Assembly: GCA_039648875.1 (NCBI GenBank)
Contig: JBBWZD010000131.1
Coordinates: 23,570 to 87,569 of the forward strand
Origin: Actinomycetota bacterium
GTDB taxonomy: Bacteria > Actinomycetota > Thermoleophilia > Gaiellales > Gaiellaceae
DNA: 64,000 nt
Direction of reading: 5' to 3'
A model generated the notes under the pieces. That model had not been told where the DNA came from. It was given only the letters and a program-made list of their open reading frames with translations, and made no database searches. The stretch's first letter is position 1; the number at the start of each line of letters is the position of its first letter. Shown piece by piece: positions 45,124-53,899 of this stretch. A program made the translations under genes and the position numbers.

Positions 45124-45903
45124 CTACGTCAGCAGCAGGCCCGCCATCCGCCGGCGCGCGAGCCAGATGCCGAACGTGCCGAGCGCGACGAGGTAGCCGG
45201 CGCTGATCAGGTTCGAGGGACCGACGCTCCCGATCGTCAGAGAGCGGATCAGCACGATCGCGTGGTAGAGCGGCGAGAAACGCACGAGCCACTGGATCGC
45301 GACGGGGTACACCGACAGCGGGTAGAACGTCGCGCTGAAGAGGAACATCGGCAGCTGGACGAGCTGCACCAGGTCGAAGTCCTGCCAGCTGCGAATGAAC
45401 GTCGAGGCGCCGATCGCCATGCCGGCGAAGCCGTAGCCGACCACCGCGGCTCCCGGCAGCGCGAGGATGCCCCACCAGGAGTGGACCAGGCCGAGGGCCG
45501 CGGCCGTGGCGATGAAGCCGGCCGAGTACAGGAGGCCGCGGAACTGTGCCCACGCCACCTCGCCCAGCGCGACGTCCGTGGGACTCAGGGGGGTCGCGAG
45601 GATGGCGTCGTAGACCTTGGCGTAGCGCAGCTTCCAGAACACGTTCGTCATCGCCTCGAACACGGCACCGTTCATCGCCGACGACGCGAGCAGGGCCGGC
45701 GCGATGAAGGCCGCGTACGAGACGCCGTGGACATGGCCGACGAAGTGGCCGAGGCCGAGGCCGAGCGAGAAGAGGTAGAGCAGCGGCTCGAAGAAGCCGG
45801 TGAAGACGACGACCCACGCACGGCGATAGACCATCAGGTTCCGCTCGAAGAGCAGGTGGCCTCGGCTGCCGGCGAAGCGACGGGGGACCGCGACCGCGGT
45901 CAC
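45124..45903 (-). CDS. ABC-2 type exporter permease
   Basis: Six-helix ABC-2 layout. GTG start in a GTGA overlap with the upstream permease stop. Confidence 0.75.
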   Translation of the reverse strand: MTAVAVPRRFAGSRGHLLFERNLMVYRRAWVVVFTGFFEPLLYLFSLGLGLGHFVGHVHGVSYAAFIAPALLASSAMNGAVFEAMTNVFWKLRYAKVYDAILATPLSPTDVALGEVAWAQFRGLLYSAGFIATAAALGLVHSWWGILALPGAAVVGYGFAGMAIGASTFIRSWQDFDLVQLVQLPMFLFSATFYPLSVYPVAIQWLVRFSPLYHAIVLIRSLTIGSVGPSNLISAGYLVALGTFGIWLARRRMAGLLLT

Positions 45904-46664
45904 GTCACCAGCCTCCGGGTGTACGCGCGGTGCGCGAGGAAGAGCCCTGCGGCCCCCCACGCGGCGAGGTACGCGGCGTGGCCGACGGACGGCCAGAACG
46001 TGGCCGTGCCGAGGGTGAGGTGGCGCATCAGGTCGACGCCGTGCCAGAGCGGCGTCGCGTACGCCACCTCCCGGATGCCCTGCGGCAGCCGCGAGAGCGG
46101 AAAGAACGTCCCGGAGAAGAGGAACATCGGCGTCACGCCGAAGCGGAAGAGGACCGTGAGGCCGTTGTCGGACTCGACGTGGGCGGAATACGCGGAGACC
46201 GGGGCCGTGAACGCCAGCCCGAGCAGGACCGCGACCGGCAGCGCCACGAGGGCGAGCGGCGAGCGGATCGCGCCGAAGCCCCACAGAACGGCGAGATAGA
46301 CGGCGGCCACGGCGGCGACGCGCGTGACGACCCAGAGCTGGTGGCCGGCCACGAGGTCGCGCACCCGCAGGGGCGTGGCCAGCATCGCGTGGTACTGCCG
46401 CGTCCAGCGGATCGCCGCCCGCACCGGCCAGCTCGACTCGAACACCGCGACCTGCATGCACACGGCGGCCAGCATCCCGGGAGCGACGAAGTCGAGGTAC
46501 GGCACCCCCAGCCCGCTGCCGCCGCGGTTGACGAGCTTGCCCAAGCCGATCCCGAGGGCGCTCAGGTACAGGACGGGGTTGAGGACGCTCGAGACGATGC
46601 TCCCGCGCCACACGCGGCGGTACGACATCAGCCAGTACTCGTAGGAGCGCAGCGCGTATGCCAT
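45900..46664 (-). CDS. ABC-2 type exporter permease
   Basis: Paralogous to the downstream permease (WRGSIVSSVLNPVLYL, TPMFLFSGTFFPLS). Confidence 0.75.
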   Translation of the reverse strand: MAYALRSYEYWLMSYRRVWRGSIVSSVLNPVLYLSALGIGLGKLVNRGGSGLGVPYLDFVAPGMLAAVCMQVAVFESSWPVRAAIRWTRQYHAMLATPLRVRDLVAGHQLWVVTRVAAVAAVYLAVLWGFGAIRSPLALVALPVAVLLGLAFTAPVSAYSAHVESDNGLTVLFRFGVTPMFLFSGTFFPLSRLPQGIREVAYATPLWHGVDLMRHLTLGTATFWPSVGHAAYLAAWGAAGLFLAHRAYTRRLVT

Positions 46665-47593
46665 CAGTCGATCAGCGTCCTGCCGGTCAGGCGCAGGAAC
46701 ACGTCCTCGAGCGTCGAGCGCCGCACGAGCACGCTCTGCGGACGCAGCCGCTCGTGCGCGACCGGAACGAGCGCGTCGCCGTCGTCGGTGTAGAGCAGCA
46801 GCCGGTCGGGGAGGACGTCGATCCGCGCCACCTGCCCGTTGAAGGCGTGCGCCTCCACCGCCGGGACCTCACCCGGGAAGCGCAGCTCCACGACCTCCCG
46901 CGTCGACAGCCGCCGGATCAGCTCCGCGGGCGATCCCTCCTCTGCGATCGTGCCGCGGTCCATGATCACGAGCCGGTCGCACAGCTGCTCGGCCTCGTCC
47001 ATGTAGTGCGTCGTGAGCACGAGCGTCACCCCGCGCTGCTTGAGGCGGAAGAGCCGGTCCCAGACGGCGTGGCGCGCCTGCGGGTCGAGCCCCGTCGTCG
47101 GCTCGTCGAGCAGCATGAGGTCCGGCTCGTTGACGAGCGAGCGGGCGATCGTCAGGCGCCGCTTCATCCCGCCGGAGAGCGGCTCGACCTTGCTGTTGGC
47201 CCGCTCGTCGAGCTGCACGAACTCCAGCAGGCGCTGCGCCCGCGCGCGCACCTCGCTGCGCGAGAGGCCGAAGTAGCGGCCGTAGACGATCAGGTTCTCG
47301 CGGACGGTCAGCTCGTTGTCCAGCGTGTCCTGCTGCGGCACGACGCCGAGGCGGCCGCGGATCGCGGGGCCGTCGCGGAGCGGGTCGAGGCCGAGCACGC
47401 GCAGCGTGCCGCCCGACGGGGGCGACACGCAGCCGATCATCCGCATGGTCGAGCTCTTGCCGGCGCCGTTCGGGCCGAGGAAGCCGAAGGCCTCGCCCGG
47501 CTGGACGTCGAAGTCGATCGCGTCGACGGCTCGGAGCTCGCCGAACGTCTTGACGAGGCCGCGGGCGTGAATCAGCGGCGCGCCTGCGCTCAT
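46664..47593 (-). CDS. ABC transporter ATP-binding protein (DrrA/NodI-like)
   Basis: GPNGAGKSST, LSGGMKRRL, LMLLDEPTTGLD. Confidence 0.85.
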   Translation of the reverse strand: MSAGAPLIHARGLVKTFGELRAVDAIDFDVQPGEAFGFLGPNGAGKSSTMRMIGCVSPPSGGTLRVLGLDPLRDGPAIRGRLGVVPQQDTLDNELTVRENLIVYGRYFGLSRSEVRARAQRLLEFVQLDERANSKVEPLSGGMKRRLTIARSLVNEPDLMLLDEPTTGLDPQARHAVWDRLFRLKQRGVTLVLTTHYMDEAEQLCDRLVIMDRGTIAEEGSPAELIRRLSTREVVELRFPGEVPAVEAHAFNGQVARIDVLPDRLLLYTDDGDALVPVAHERLRPQSVLVRRSTLEDVFLRLTGRTLID

Positions 47594-47614
47594 GTCGCAG
47601 AGGCTACCGAGGGC

Positions 47615-48478
47615 CTACAGCCGCGCCGACGCCTGCTCGAGCGCCTCGGCGAGCTCCGCCAGCTCGTGCTCGTCGGCGAAGGCGATCTCCACGCGGCCCG
47701 CTGCCACCCGAGCGTGGAAGCCGGTCAGCCGCTCGAGGGCGCTCCGCACGCGGGCGGCGAGCGCCGGGTCGACCGCCGCTGCCCGCACGCGCGGCTTCTG
47801 CCGCGCTCCCGCCCACCTCGCGCGCTGCTCGGCTGCGCGGACGGAGAGACCCTTCTGGACGACCTCGCGCGCGAGCCGCCGCCGTCCCTCGTGGTCGGGC
47901 ACGGCGAGGACGGCGCGGGCGTGTCCTTCGCTCAGCTGGCCCCGCTCGAGCATCCCGAGCACGTCGTCGGGCAGCTCGAGCAAACGGATGCGGTTCGAGA
48001 CCGAGGGCTTGGATCGTCCGACGCGCTCGGCGACCTCGCCGAGGGAGAGCGCGAACTCGTCGATGAGCACGGCGTAGGCGCGGGCCTCCTCGACCGGCGT
48101 CAGCTGCTCCCGAGCCACGTTCTCGATCAGCCCGAGCAGGAGCGTCTCGCGGTCGTCGGCCTCGCGCACGACGGCCGGTACGGTCGGGCGCCCGGCCTCG
48201 CGTGCCGCACGCCAGCGGCGCTCGCCGGCGACGATCTCGTAGCCGCCCGCCGCCCGGGGGCGGACGAGCAGCGGCTGGATCACGCCCTGCCGTCGCACCG
48301 ACTCGGCGAGGCCGGAGCCGGCCTCGCCGTCGAAGCGCCTGCGCGGCTGGCGTGGATTCGCGTGGATGGCGTCCACCGGCAGCTCGAGCAGCTCGCTGGC
48401 GGCCGGCTCCAGGCCGCCGACGAGCACCTCGAGGCCGCGGCCGAGGCCGCGGCGGGGATGGTCAGGCGCGCTCGACAA
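47615..48478 (-). CDS. parB: Chromosome partitioning protein ParB
   Basis: RGLGRGLEVL, NPRQPRR, QPLLVRP, IVAGERRWRAA, HTH region SLGEVAERVGRSKPSVSNRIRLL. Confidence 0.9.
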   Translation of the reverse strand: MSSAPDHPRRGLGRGLEVLVGGLEPAASELLELPVDAIHANPRQPRRRFDGEAGSGLAESVRRQGVIQPLLVRPRAAGGYEIVAGERRWRAAREAGRPTVPAVVREADDRETLLLGLIENVAREQLTPVEEARAYAVLIDEFALSLGEVAERVGRSKPSVSNRIRLLELPDDVLGMLERGQLSEGHARAVLAVPDHEGRRRLAREVVQKGLSVRAAEQRARWAGARQKPRVRAAAVDPALAARVRSALERLTGFHARVAAGRVEIAFADEHELAELAEALEQASARL

Positions 48479-49214
48479 GCTCCATCGCCACCTTCCAGTA
48501 CGCGTCCGCTCCGGCGGAGCGGCGGTCGTAGACGACCGCGGGCAGCCCGTGGCTCGGCGCCTCGGCGAGGCGCACCGAGCGGGGCACCGCGGTCCTGAAC
48601 ACGAGCGGGCCGAAGTGCCGCCGCACCTCGGCCTCGACGTCCCGCGCGAGTCGCGTCCGTGCGTCGACCATCGTCAGGAGCACGCCGCCGACGCCCAGGC
48701 GGGGGTTGAGACGCCGCCGGATCAGCTCGATCGACTGCAGCAGCTGCGTCAGCCCTTCGAGCGCGTAGTACTCCGCCTGCACCGGCACGAGCACCCGATC
48801 GGCGGCGGCGAGGGCGTTCACCGTGAGCGGCCCCAGCGAGGGCGGACAGTCGAGGAAGGTGAAGTCGTACTGCTCCGTGCCGGCCGCGAGCGCCTCGGCC
48901 AGGTAGCGCTCGCCGTCCGGGCGTCGCGCGAGCTCGACCACGGCGCCTGCGAGCTCGGGCTTCGAGGGGACGATGTCCAGGTTCGCGAAGCGCGTGTGGG
49001 TCGTCAGCTCGGCGAGCGGTACGCCGTCGAGCAGGTCGTAGCTCGAGCTGCCGTTCGCGCGCAGGCCGAGCCCCGAGGTGGCGTTCGCCTGCGGGTCGAG
49101 GTCGACGATCAGGGCCCGCTGACCCGCCTCGGCCAGGCACGCGGCCAGGTTGATCGCGGTCGTCGTCTTGCCGACGCCGCCCTTCTGGTTCGCGATCGCG
49201 AAGATCCGGGCCAC
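48462..49214 (-). CDS. parA: Chromosome partitioning ATPase ParA/Soj
   Basis: VARIFAIANQKGGVGKTTTAINLA, DLDPQANAT, FLDCPPSLG. GTG start at 49214. Confidence 0.9.
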   Translation of the reverse strand: MARIFAIANQKGGVGKTTTAINLAACLAEAGQRALIVDLDPQANATSGLGLRANGSSSYDLLDGVPLAELTTHTRFANLDIVPSKPELAGAVVELARRPDGERYLAEALAAGTEQYDFTFLDCPPSLGPLTVNALAAADRVLVPVQAEYYALEGLTQLLQSIELIRRRLNPRLGVGGVLLTMVDARTRLARDVEAEVRRHFGPLVFRTAVPRSVRLAEAPSHGLPAVVYDRRSAGADAYWKVAMELVERA

Positions 49215-49272
49215 CGGCTCATTCTCGCGACGACCCCGGACGGTTCGCGGTTGCTCGCGCCCGCTCGACGCC

Positions 49273-49821
49273 TCAGGCGAGCGGACGCTTCCGCGCCACG
49301 CCGACGCGTCGCGGGAATCCGGCGGGCGTCGGTCCGAGCTTCGGGAGGACGACGAGGCCGTCGCGCTGCTGCGGGGCTCCGCCGCCGAGCAGCTCCGAGA
49401 CGCGCGCCAAGGCGCCGAGGTCGGCGCTCGGGCCGAGCCACAGCACGACGGCGCCGCCGGGCCGCACGAGCGGCAGGCACCACTCGGCGGCGACAGGCGG
49501 CGGGGCCAGCGCCTTCGCCAGCGCGACCCCGTGAGCCTCCGTCTCCTGCTCCTCGGCTCGGCCCCACACGACGTGCGCATTCGGCGGGGCCCAGCGCTCG
49601 AGGAAGTCGCACTTGCGCCGCTCCGCCTCGAGCAGCGTCACCTGCCGCTCCGGCAGCGTGAGCGCAAGCGGGATCCCGGGCGACCCGCCCCCCGAGCCGA
49701 CGTCGACGATCGCGCCGTCGAGGTCGCGCACCAGCTCTGTCGCCCGCAGGGCGTCGTCGGCGAGCATCGCCCGCGCCTCGGCGGGGTCGCGAATGGCGGT
49801 CAGGCCCGGCGTGGCGAGCAC
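49273..49821 (-). CDS. rsmG: 16S rRNA (guanine527-N7)-methyltransferase RsmG (GidB)
   Basis: VDVGSGGGSPGIPLAL, LLEAERRKCDFL, RA. Position between jag and parA. The first canonical start (GTG 49821) gives a short N-terminus. An in-frame CTG at 49854 is possible. Confidence 0.75.
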   Translation of the reverse strand: MLATPGLTAIRDPAEARAMLADDALRATELVRDLDGAIVDVGSGGGSPGIPLALTLPERQVTLLEAERRKCDFLERWAPPNAHVVWGRAEEQETEAHGVALAKALAPPPVAAEWCLPLVRPGGAVVLWLGPSADLGALARVSELLGGGAPQQRDGLVVLPKLGPTPAGFPRRVGVARKRPLA

Positions 49822-49882
49822 GGCCGAGAGCCAGGCGTCGAGCTCGCTGCTCAGCGGCGCACGAGCTCGTGCCGGAGGCCCT

Positions 49883-50563
49883 TCACGACTCCGGCAAGAC
49901 GACGACGTACCGGTTCGGCTCGAGCCCCTCCGACGTCGTCTGCACGCCGGAGAGCTCCTTCAGCTTCAGGTGCACGACCTTCCGCTCCACTGCCGTCATC
50001 GGGTCGAGCTCCACCCGCTCGCCGCTCGTCCGCACCTGCTCCGCGGTTCGCACCGCCAGCGACTCCAGCGTCGCGCGGCGCCGCTCCCGGTAGCCGGCCG
50101 CGTCGACCACGACCTGCTTGCGCGCCTCGCCGTACTGCCTGTGCGCGATCGCGTTCACGACGTACTGCACCGCGTCGATCGTCTGCCCGTGGCGGCCGAT
50201 CAGGAGCGCGACGTCGGCCGCCGCGCACGTCACGACGATCGCCTCGTCGTCCTCGCGCACGTCGAGGCGCCCCTCGATGCCGAGAGCCGACGTGATCTGC
50301 GCGGCGAGCGAGCGGGCGTCGGCCGCCAGATCGCTCTCGTCGGCCCCGGCCGCCGCCACGGCCTCCGGCGGCACGTTCGCCAGCACCCGCGCCGGCGAGT
50401 AGCCGACCCCGAGGAGCCCGCGCTCGCCCTCGGTGAGCACCTCGAAGCGCACCGCCGCCTTGTCGAGCCCCGGATGCCGCTGCTCGAGCTCGCGCAGAGC
50501 CGCCCACTTCGCCTCGCCGACCGTCTCCCCCGTGGCCTCGACCGTCAGGTCGGAGGCGTTCAC
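49883..50563 (-). CDS. jag: Jag/SpoIIIJ-associated RNA-binding protein (Jag_N + KH + R3H)
   Basis: VEATGETVGEAKWAAL, LLIGRHGQTIDAVQYV, and an R3H region (ERKVVHLKL). GTGA overlap with the yidC stop. Confidence 0.85.
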   Translation of the reverse strand: MNASDLTVEATGETVGEAKWAALRELEQRHPGLDKAAVRFEVLTEGERGLLGVGYSPARVLANVPPEAVAAAGADESDLAADARSLAAQITSALGIEGRLDVREDDEAIVVTCAAADVALLIGRHGQTIDAVQYVVNAIAHRQYGEARKQVVVDAAGYRERRRATLESLAVRTAEQVRTSGERVELDPMTAVERKVVHLKLKELSGVQTTSEGLEPNRYVVVLPES

Positions 50564-51423
50564 CGCCGCCCGGCCTTCTTCTTCCGACGCACCTTGCGGG
50601 GCGGCTGCGAAGCCGCCCGCGGCTGGGACGGCGCGGGCCCGCCCGCGGGCATGCGAGCACCGTTGCCGCCGCCGTCGCCGTCCTCGCGGGGCGGCGTCCG
50701 CGACGTCTTCCTCGACAGCGAGGGTGCGGGCGTCTTCGGCATCAGCCGCTTCGTGATCAGCCCCTGCCCGACCGTCCAGAGGTTGGTCGTGACCCAGTAG
50801 AGGACGAGGCCGGCGGGAAAGCGCGCGATCACGAACACGAAGACGAGCGGCATGAGCATGAACAGCCGGCGCTGCAGCTTGTCGGCCGTCGCCGACATGT
50901 AGAGGGTCGAGGCCATCTGGCTCCCGACGTACACGACGAGCAGGACGAAGCCGCCCCAGTGCGAGGTCGTGTGGTCGATGATCGAGGGGATGAAGTGCAG
51001 GAACGAGAACGCGTGCTGCTGCACCGCCGCCTGGCCACCCGGCGGGTGCTTGGCGAAGTGGCGCAGCGAGTAGTACAGCGCGATGAAGACCGGCAGCTGC
51101 ACCAGCATCGGCAGGCAGGAGGCGGCCGGATTGATGTTGTTCTCGCGGTAGAACTTCATCAGCTCCTCGTTCTGCTTCTGCTTGTCGCCCTTGTACTTCT
51201 TCTGGATCTCCTTCATCTGGGGCGCATGGCGCTGCAGGCTCTGCATCGAGTGGATCTGCTTGACCGTCAGCGGCACCATCACCATGCGGACGATCACCGT
51301 CAGCGCGACGATCGACCAGGCCCACGACAGGCCCACCGTGAAGTGCAGCCAGTTCAGGCTGTGGCGCGCGACGTGCTCCAGCGGGGTGATCGGCGAGGCG
51401 ACGAGGGGCAGCCAGCGGCTCAT
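50560..51423 (-). CDS. yidC: Membrane protein insertase YidC (short Gram-positive type, basic C-tail)
   Basis: SIVALTVIVRMVMVPL, QPQMKEIQKKYK, NPAASCLPMLVQLPVF, LYWVTTNLW. The tail ends RKVRRKKKAGRR. Confidence 0.9.
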   Translation of the reverse strand: MSRWLPLVASPITPLEHVARHSLNWLHFTVGLSWAWSIVALTVIVRMVMVPLTVKQIHSMQSLQRHAPQMKEIQKKYKGDKQKQNEELMKFYRENNINPAASCLPMLVQLPVFIALYYSLRHFAKHPPGGQAAVQQHAFSFLHFIPSIIDHTTSHWGGFVLLVVYVGSQMASTLYMSATADKLQRRLFMLMPLVFVFVIARFPAGLVLYWVTTNLWTVGQGLITKRLMPKTPAPSLSRKTSRTPPREDGDGGGNGARMPAGGPAPSQPRAASQPPRKVRRKKKAGRR

Positions 51424-51629
51424 CTGACCGGGTCGAAGCCTCCCCGGCTCCAGGGGTTGCAGCGCAGCAGCCGCCAGGCGGCGAGCACGCTGCCGCGCAG
51501 GAGCCCCCTCGCTCGGAGGGCGTCGAGCGCGTACTGCGAGCACGACGGGTGGTACTTGCAGGTCGTGGGGAAGAGCGCCCCGAGCGTGGCGCGGTAGAGC
51601 CAGACGCCGGCGGAACCGAGCCGGTACAT
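51420..51629 (-). CDS. yidD: Membrane protein insertion efficiency factor YidD
   Basis: CKYHPSCSQYA...RLLRCNPW. Confidence 0.85.
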   Translation of the reverse strand: MYRLGSAGVWLYRATLGALFPTTCKYHPSCSQYALDALRARGLLRGSVLAAWRLLRCNPWSRGGFDPVR

Positions 51630-51979
51630 CAGGCGCCGACCTTCGCCGCCGCCAGCACCTCGTCGACCCGGTCGCCGAGCCACTCGAATCCCTGCGCCGC
51701 GACGGCTTCGGGCAGCCCCGGACGGACGATCAGCACGTAGTCGTTCCCCGCCGGCACTCGCTCGAGGCGGGCGCGCCACACCTCGCGCAGTTGCCGCTTG
51801 ATGCGGTTGCGCTCGGGCGCGTCGCCTACGGCCTTCGGCACGGAGAAGCCGAACCGCGGCTCCGCCGCCTCCTCCTGCGGGAACCAGTAGAGAACGAGGA
51901 AGCGCGTCGAGGCCGAGCGGCCGTGCCGGTAGACGGCGTCGAAGTCCCGCGACCGGGACAGGCGGTTCGCCCGCTTCAC
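51629..51979 (-). CDS. rnpA: RNase P protein component
   Basis: VKRANRLSRSRDFDAVYRHG..., KAVGDAPERNRIKRQLRE. GTG start at 51979. Confidence 0.85.
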   Translation of the reverse strand: MKRANRLSRSRDFDAVYRHGRSASTRFLVLYWFPQEEAAEPRFGFSVPKAVGDAPERNRIKRQLREVWRARLERVPAGNDYVLIVRPGLPEAVAAQGFEWLGDRVDEVLAAAKVGA

Positions 51980-51995
51980 GACGACGCGCTGCGGC

Positions 51996-52130
51996 TCACG
52001 CCGAGAGGCGCGCACGACCCTTCGCGCGGCGGCGCTTGAGGATCAGCCGCCCAGCTCGCGTGGACATGCGCGCACGGAAGCCGTGCTTGCGCTTCCGGCG
52101 TCGGACGTTGGGCTGATAGGTGCGTTTCAC
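51996..52130 (-). CDS. rpmH: 50S ribosomal protein L34
   Basis: [39 protein letters not shown] (GTG start at 52130). Confidence 0.95.
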   Translation of the reverse strand: MKRTYQPNVRRRKRKHGFRARMSTRAGRLILKRRRAKGRARLSA

Positions 52131-52213
52131 GGTCGAAAGCTCCAGATTCCGCGCGACTTTCGCACGGTCGGGCGGGGCGAGCGGCCAGTATAGACAAGGG
52201 GCCCTCGACCGTC

Positions 52214-52222
52214 TTCTCCACA
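52214..52222 (+). promoter_or_regulatory. DnaA box TTCTCCACA
   Basis: 9 of 9 matches to the actinobacterial consensus TT(G/C)TCCACA. In the rpmH-dnaA spacer. Confidence 0.5.
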
Positions 52223-52268
52223 GCCGGCTGCGGCGCAACGGTGCGACGCGGAAGAGTGTTCCCCATGT

Positions 52269-52288
52269 TTATGCACAGGTGTGGAGGG
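52269..52288. promoter_or_regulatory. Inverted pair of DnaA-box-like 9-mers TTATGCACA gg TGTGGAGGG
   Basis: 8 of 9 matches to TTATCCACA, plus a reverse-strand CCCTCCACA (TCCACA core). Overlaps the expected -35 position of the TAAAGT -10. Confidence 0.45.
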
Positions 52289-52302
52289 ATCTGCTCGGCT
52301 GA

Positions 52303-52308
52303 TAAAGT
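52303..52308 (+). promoter_or_regulatory. -10-like TAAAGT upstream of dnaA
   Basis: TANNNT hexamer about 43 nt before ATG 52351. Confidence 0.35.
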
Positions 52309-52350
52309 GCCTGCAAGGAGGCGCTTTTTGCCTCTGTCCGGCAGGTTGCT

Positions 52351-53772
52351 ATGCTCGCCGTCCGGGTTCTCGAGCAGGAGTTGGGCCGAGTGGAGCACCA
52401 AATCGAGCTGACCGCCGAGAATCTGTGGCAGGAGGTCTCGGCTCGGCTCCGCGGGGCGCTCAACGACACCACCTACGCAACCTGGTTCCGCGAGGCGCAG
52501 GCCCTCGAGCTCTCGGGCGAGCGCTTCGTCCTCGCCGTCCCGAACGACTTCACGCGCGGCTGGATCGAAGGCCACTTCCTCGGCCTGATCGGCGCTGCGA
52601 TCCGCGACGTCACCGGCGTCGAACGGCCGATCGAGCTGCGCGTCGTCGACCTCCCGGCAGCCGGAGAGACGGTCGAGGGGGTCGAGGTGGCCCGCGGGAT
52701 CGACGCACCCGTCCTCCAGCCGATCCAGCAGCGCCCCGAGAGCGGCGGCTTCAACTCGAAGTACACCTTCGACTCGTTCGTGATCGGCTCGTCCAACCGC
52801 TTCGCGCACGCGGCCGCCCTCGCGGTCGCCGAGGCGCCGGCTCAGGCGTACAACCCGCTCTTCATCTACGGCGGCACCGGGCTCGGCAAGACGCACCTCC
52901 TGCAGGCGATCGCCCAGTACGTGAGCGAGCACACGTCCGAGCTGAGCGTCCGCTACGTCACCAGCGAGACCTTCATGAACGACTTCATCAACTCGCTGCG
53001 CGACAAGCGGATCGAGGGCTTCAAGCAGCGCTACCGCACCTACGACGTGCTCCTGATCGACGACGTCCAGTTCTTCGAGCACAAGGAGCGGATCCAGGAG
53101 GAGTTCTTCCACACCTTCAACTCGCTCTACGAGGCCGGCTCCCAGATCGTGATGTCGAGCGACCGGCCGCCGCGCGACATCGCCACGCTCGAGGAGCGGC
53201 TGCGGAGCCGCTTCGAGTGGGGGCTGATCACGGACATCCAGCCGCCCGACCTCGAGACGCGGATCGCGATCCTCCGCAAGAAGGTCAAGACCGACGGCAT
53301 CCACGTGCCCGACCCGCAGGTGCTCACCTTCATCGCCAGCCGCGTCTCCACCAACATCCGCGAGCTCGAGGGCGCGCTGACGCGGGTCGTCGCCTTCTCC
53401 TCCCTCACCGGCCGCTCGATGTCCGTCGAGCTCGCCCAGGACGTCCTCCGGGACGTGTTCCCGCAGGGCGAGGCGGCGCAGGTCTCGATCAAGCGCATCC
53501 AGGACCTCGTCGCGGAGCGCTTCGAGCTTTCCCTGGAGGAGCTGTGCGGCGACAAGCGCACGCAGGGAATCGTCTACCCGCGCCAGGTCGCCATGTACCT
53601 CTCGCGGGAGCTCACCGACTCCTCGCTGCCGAAGATCGGCAAGGAGTTCGGCGGCCGCGACCACACCACGGTCATCCACGCGACCTCCAAGATCGCTCGC
53701 CTGATCCGTGAGGACAGGTCTGTGTACAACCTCGTGCAGGAGTTGACGGCTCGGGTCAAACAGGTCCGCTAG
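52351..53772 (+). CDS. dnaA: Chromosomal replication initiator protein DnaA
   Basis: NLWQEV...[42 protein letters not shown], and domain IV ([23 protein letters not shown]). An alternative start at GTG 52390 has AGGAG 9 nt upstream. Confidence 0.95.
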   Translation: MLAVRVLEQELGRVEHQIELTAENLWQEVSARLRGALNDTTYATWFREAQALELSGERFVLAVPNDFTRGWIEGHFLGLIGAAIRDVTGVERPIELRVVDLPAAGETVEGVEVARGIDAPVLQPIQQRPESGGFNSKYTFDSFVIGSSNRFAHAAALAVAEAPAQAYNPLFIYGGTGLGKTHLLQAIAQYVSEHTSELSVRYVTSETFMNDFINSLRDKRIEGFKQRYRTYDVLLIDDVQFFEHKERIQEEFFHTFNSLYEAGSQIVMSSDRPPRDIATLEERLRSRFEWGLITDIQPPDLETRIAILRKKVKTDGIHVPDPQVLTFIASRVSTNIRELEGALTRVVAFSSLTGRSMSVELAQDVLRDVFPQGEAAQVSIKRIQDLVAERFELSLEELCGDKRTQGIVYPRQVAMYLSRELTDSSLPKIGKEFGGRDHTTVIHATSKIARLIREDRSVYNLVQELTARVKQVR

Positions 53773-53781
53773 CCCGTGGCC

Positions 53782-53790
53782 TGTGTACAA
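53782..53790 (-). promoter_or_regulatory. DnaA box (rc TTGTACACA)
   Basis: 8 of 9 matches to TTGTCCACA. In the dnaA-dnaN spacer. Confidence 0.4.
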
Positions 53791-53861
53791 GCGGCATGTC
53801 TCCCCAGGTCCCGTCCCGCGCGAACATGGCTCAACCGGGCGGAATCGTGCCGTCTTCCCCG

Positions 53862-53870
53862 TCCTCCACA
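53862..53870 (+). promoter_or_regulatory. DnaA box-like TCCTCCACA
   Basis: 8 of 9 matches to TT(G/C)TCCACA. In the dnaA-dnaN spacer. Confidence 0.4.
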
Positions 53871-53899
53871 CTCCTACTACTCCTACAAGGACCTTTTAA

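Noticed and set aside
52124-52139. GTTTCACGG at the rpmH start, considered as a parS site.
   Set aside because: Only one half-site matches. It is simply the reverse complement of the GTG-AAA-CGC codons (MKR...) of L34.
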